Part shown: one piece after another, positions 60,121 to 64,000 of the stretch
Numbering within the stretch: position 1 is the first letter of the stretch
How the letters are laid out: every line of letters begins with the position of its first letter
Source: Hydrolagus colliei
Taxonomy: Eukaryota
Length of the DNA: 64,000 nt
Direction: 5' to 3'
NCBI GenBank assembly: GCA_035084275.1
Contig: CM068744.1
Span: forward strand, 41,354,001-41,418,000
Program-made: the position numbers and the translations under genes
The notes under the pieces: model-generated
Database searches by the model: none
What the model was told of the DNA's origin: nothing
What the model saw: the letters and a program-made list of their open reading frames with translations, nothing else

Positions 60121-61136
60121 GTGAGTAAATGTATACTGTGTCCAGAATTTGCTTCCTGATTTCAGCTCATCAAATGTCCTTGGTAGCTTTCTGTAGGTAT
60201 CCATCTGTGCCTACAAATTAAATTCTTTAATTTAATTAAATTCTTTAATTTAATTTGTAAAAGTTTGTGGATGCTGGATCTATCCACACATTCAAGAGTG
60301 AAGATGAAGATGATAAATTTTTGGTAGGTCAGGGGAGATACCGTGTGATACAGGGAGGAAGTGGGAAATTTGAATCAAAAGGATTTGTAGAGGTACAGAG
60401 CAGCCATGATCTGATTAAATGGCAGCACAGGCTAGAAGGGCTGCTCTTATGTACCACACCCTAAACTCAATCAGTGTGCAGGTACACACCCTAAACTCAC
60501 ACTGAATGCATCCTCTCCAATGCTTTGACATCCTTCCTAAAGTATGCTCCCGAATTGAACACACTCTGAAGCCTAACCTCACCTCGCCTAACCACTTATA
60601 AGTGTTTTATAAAGGTTCATCATAACTTAGAGTCTTCCCCCACCATCAATGTTAGGCTGATTGGTGTGTAGTTACCAGGTTTATCCCTCTCCCCTTTTTT
60701 GAACAATGGCATAATATTTGCAATGCTTCAGTCCTCTGGCACCACTTCCTAATCCAAGGAGGTTTGAAAGATGGTGGCCATCGTGTCTGTGTTGGTGCTC
60801 GCTCCTCACTGGAGCTCTCTCACCATCGTGTCTGAAATATTTGTTTGTTGTTCATTTGTTCTGGTGGTCGTTCCCCACTGGAGCTGTCTACCATAAATGG
60901 CTGGTGAACCTGGAGTAAAGTGAATTTGCTGTGAAAAACTCCCTCACTAACTTGCTCTCTCATGCTCTTGCTATCTGTCTTTCACACCCAATAACCTACA
61001 CTGTTGATTCTCTCTTTGGTCACCTCCTCCTGCCCACCTCTGTTGCTTCCGATTCCCATCTTTGTGAAGTGTTCTGATGTGAGGTATGCTGTGTAGATGT
61101 GTGCTGGTGATATTGTTATCTCCTGATACCCCACAG

Positions 61137-61282
61137 AGCAGTCACTGAGAGATGTTCAGACGCCATATATTGCTGTGATCGTGGCAGTGTGCTGTCTGGC
61201 TCTTGTTTTTCTCTGCATCACTGTTATCGTTTACATGAAACAGTTGCTGTGTTTCAAAAAACAATCCAGAGAAAATGGGTAA
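61137..61282 (+). CDS. Exon 5: stalk + transmembrane + juxtamembrane segment
   Basis: Acceptor ccccacag| in phase 1. QSLRDVQTPYIAVIVAVCCLALVFLCITVIVYMKQLLCFKKQSRENG, then either TAA (61280-61282) or donor GG|gtaatt after 61278. Too short for the ORF track. Confidence 0.82.
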
Positions 61283-61564
61283 TTATCACTTTTAAATTAA
61301 ATATTTTGTTGTAATATCTGAGTCAAGCAGACATTGTGGTCCCACCTGTGATGGTCAAGATCAGGCAGTGAGATTGTGGTAAACGGAAGAAGTGGCTGCA
61401 GGAAGGAGGGCTCTGGCTACACTGTGTGTCCTGGCTCAGTTTTAGCATTCTCACTCACAGTCAGAAGGTTGTGGGTTCAATCCCCACATTGGAACTCATA
61501 ATATCTATGCTGACACTGTAGTGCAGCGCTGTGGGGAATGTTCTATTGTTAGAGGTTCTGTCCT

Positions 61565-62480
61565 TTAGTCCCCCGATGTTCTGTCAGCCTGCCTTTCGGA
61601 CATCAGGGGCTGGATGAGCACAAATTTCTTGCAGCTGAATGTTGACAAGACGGAGGCCATACTCCTTGGCTCTCGTCAACGTCTCCATTCGCACGGCTCT
61701 CACCTCCTCCACCTTCCTGGCCTGCCCCTAAAACTCACCGAACCTGTGCGCAACCTTGGCATCAGGTTCGACCCCCAACTGTCCTTCCTCCCCCACATCT
61801 GGTCCTTCACCAGCACTGCCTTCTACCACCTCCGACGGATCGCCTGTCTCCAGCAATACCTCACCTTAAAAGCCGCCGAAACCTTGGTCCACGCCTTTGT
61901 CACCTCTCGGCTGGACTATTGCAACGCCCTTCTCGCCGGTCTCCCCTCCACCACAATCCACAAAATCCATCTTATCCAGAACTCTGCCGCCCGCATACTC
62001 ACCCGCTCTAAGCTTCGCTCCCCCATTACCCCAATCCTTGCCAGACTTCACTGGCTCCCTATCCCAGAGAGGATCGACTTCAAGATCCTCACCCTTGTTT
62101 TCAAATCCCTCCACTCCTCTGCACCCCCCTATCTCTCTGATCTCCTCTCCCCACAACCCATCACCCGCTGCCTTCGTTCCTCTGGGTCTGGCCTCCTCCA
62201 TGTCCCCCGAATCCTCCGCTCCACCCTCGGCGGCCGTGCTTTTAGCCACTACGCCCCGAGGTTCTGGAACTCCATTCCTCACTCGCTTTGCCTCGCCCCC
62301 TCTCTTCCCAGTTTCAGGTCACAGTTGAAGACCTTTCTCTTCGACCGAACTTTTGGTCACCTTCCTGCCCCTGCTCCTGGCTTGGTCCCGGGATCCACTA
62401 CTGTGAAGCGCTCTGAGACGCCGTCTGGCATGGAGGGCGCTATATAAACCGAAATTGTTGAATTGTTGTTGTTGTTGTTA
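61565..62480 (+). mobile_element. L2 LINE 3' fragment with intact 277-aa frame
   Basis: LQLNVDKTEAIL..SRLDYCNALL..HWLPIPERIDFKIL; tail gttgttgttgtt. Confidence 0.92.
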
Positions 62481-62496
62481 GATGAGATGTTAAACT

Positions 62497-62924
62497 GAGG
62501 CCCTGTCTGTGTGTTCAGGTGGATGTTAACAATCCCATGGCACTACTCAACAATAACAACAACTTCCATTGATATAGTGCCCTCCATGCCAGGCAGCATT
62601 TCACGTTTTAAAGTTTACAAGATCACAAGATTGGTCTGGATAAAGAAAGCCCTTCAGGCCATCTGATCTCCTCGCTCCAGAACCCCCACCCTCCCATCCC
62701 TATCACTGCTTCAAGATAATTTTAAAAGAGTTCTGTGTCCTGAACCTTTTCTGGCAAACTGTTTCAGTTATTGGCCATCCTCTGGATAAAGAAAACCATT
62801 ACGGTATCTGTCTCAAAATTGCCCTTTGTAATTTCAAACCCGGCATGGAGGGCACTATATGGAGGGCAAGTTCAGTAATGTCATGGGATTGTTAACATCC
62901 ACCTGAATACGTAGACAGGGCCTC
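62497..62924. repeat. Inverted duplication of a SINE-core/L2-tail chimera (arms 62497-62590 and 62842-62924)
   Basis: gaggccctgtct..caggtggatgttaacaatcccatg pairs with catgggattgttaacatccacctg..agacagggcctc; atatagtgccctccatgcc pairs with ggcatggagggcactatat. Confidence 0.8.
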
Positions 62925-63189
62925 TTTTTCTGCTGTAATGGGAGGTAAACATGGAAGTTATACTAAACCTTTACAAATCACTGGTTTAGCTATCAGCTGG
63001 AATATTGTGTCCAATCCCCCATCCCTACCCCTCTCCTAACCTCTCAGCTCCACTTCCATGTCCTTCTACTCTCCGACACCATCAATCTCTCCCTATCATC
63101 TGGCACGGCTCCCATCCCCCTCACTGCCAACCGAAAAATAATTTTCCATGGATCCATCCATGCTTTCTAGTTAGCTAGCAAGCTAGCTA

Positions 63190-64000
63190 GCTAAATTCCA
63201 CATGTATGCTGATGACGCCCAACTCTACCTTTCTGCTTTCACCCTCGATTCCAGGACTACTTGTGTCTTGATTGTATGTCTGTCCAACATTCCTGAACGA
63301 GGAACAATTTCCTCCAACTTAACATCAACAAGATGGAAGCCGTCCTGATCGGCTCTCAGCAGCGCCTCCGCACCTCAGGCACTGACAACATCAGCATTCA
63401 AGTCTGCTCTCTCCACCTCTCGAAGCCAGTCAGGAATCTGGGCGTCTTGTTTGACCCGAACTGACTGGTACAGCCTTCCACCACCTCTGTAACATTGCTG
63501 GACTCCGCCACTACCTCAACCCCCATGTATCCGAAACACTCATTCATGCATTCATCACATCTAGGCTCGATTACGGGAACTCTCTCGTCGGCTTTCCCAG
63601 CTCCTTCCTTCACAAGCTGCAGATTAGCCAGAACTCTGCACCCCTTGTACTCTCCCGCACCAGGCTCCGCGACCACATCACTCCACCCTTGCCCGTCTTC
63701 ACTGGCTCCCCATCCCCCAGAGGATAGAATTCAAGATCCTCGTCCTCACCTTCAAGGCCATTCACTGTCTTGCCCCTGTCTATCTCTCCAACCTGCCCGT
63801 CCCCTATCAGCTTGTCCATCCCCTCCATTCAGCAGGCTCTGGCCTGCTCCACGTCCACCGCGATAACTCTCCTACCATCGGTGGCCAGGCTTTCAGCCTC
63901 TCTGCTCCCACACAATGGAACTCCACCCCGCAATCCCTTCACCTCACCTCCTCTCTCCCTTTCCTCCTTCAAGACCAGTCTCAAGACCTTCCTCTTCGAC
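63190..64000 (+). mobile_element. L2 LINE RT/3' fragment running off the window
   Basis: catgtatgctgatgacgcccaactc (YADDAQL) and cactggctccccatcccccagaggatagaattcaag (HWLPIPQRIEFK). Confidence 0.85.

Noticed and set aside
3057-63866. Numerous 60-320 aa Pro/Ser-rich or Gly/Glu-rich ORFs in the track
   Set aside because: They are alternative or antisense frames of L2/CR1 fragments, with the same motifs recurring in every copy.

Overview
Vertebrate genomic DNA, most likely a cartilaginous fish (inferred from dense CR1 and L2 LINE relics plus tRNA-headed SINEs with a Deu-type core and L2-like tails). Most of the window, and most ORFs in the supplied track, are retroelement debris. Three apparently intact host genes stand out. 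(1) 9182-11266 (+): a single-coding-exon, 694-aa helical/coiled-coil protein with a central hydrophobic segment, which I suspect is a ClyA/HBL-like alpha-pore-forming protein (inference). (2) 26965-28005 (-): an intronless beta/gamma-crystallin + aerolysin-like fusion (ep37/EDSP/betagamma-CAT-alpha type). (3) 50332-61282 (+): a five-exon receptor I assembled by hand, with a leader, three germline-joined VJ-type Ig domains (no RSS) and an uncharged TM. Also found outside the ORF track: a KPNA2 C-terminal pseudogene split by an L2 with a 9-bp TSD, a Tx1/ZCCHC3-type ORF1 relic split by a CR1, a nested hAT element in the receptor's first intron, two CCC...GGG mini-MITEs with CA TSDs, segmental duplications of two different ages around the aerolysin-like gene, and two fold-back inverted duplications. 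Repeat boundaries and identity values are estimates by eye.
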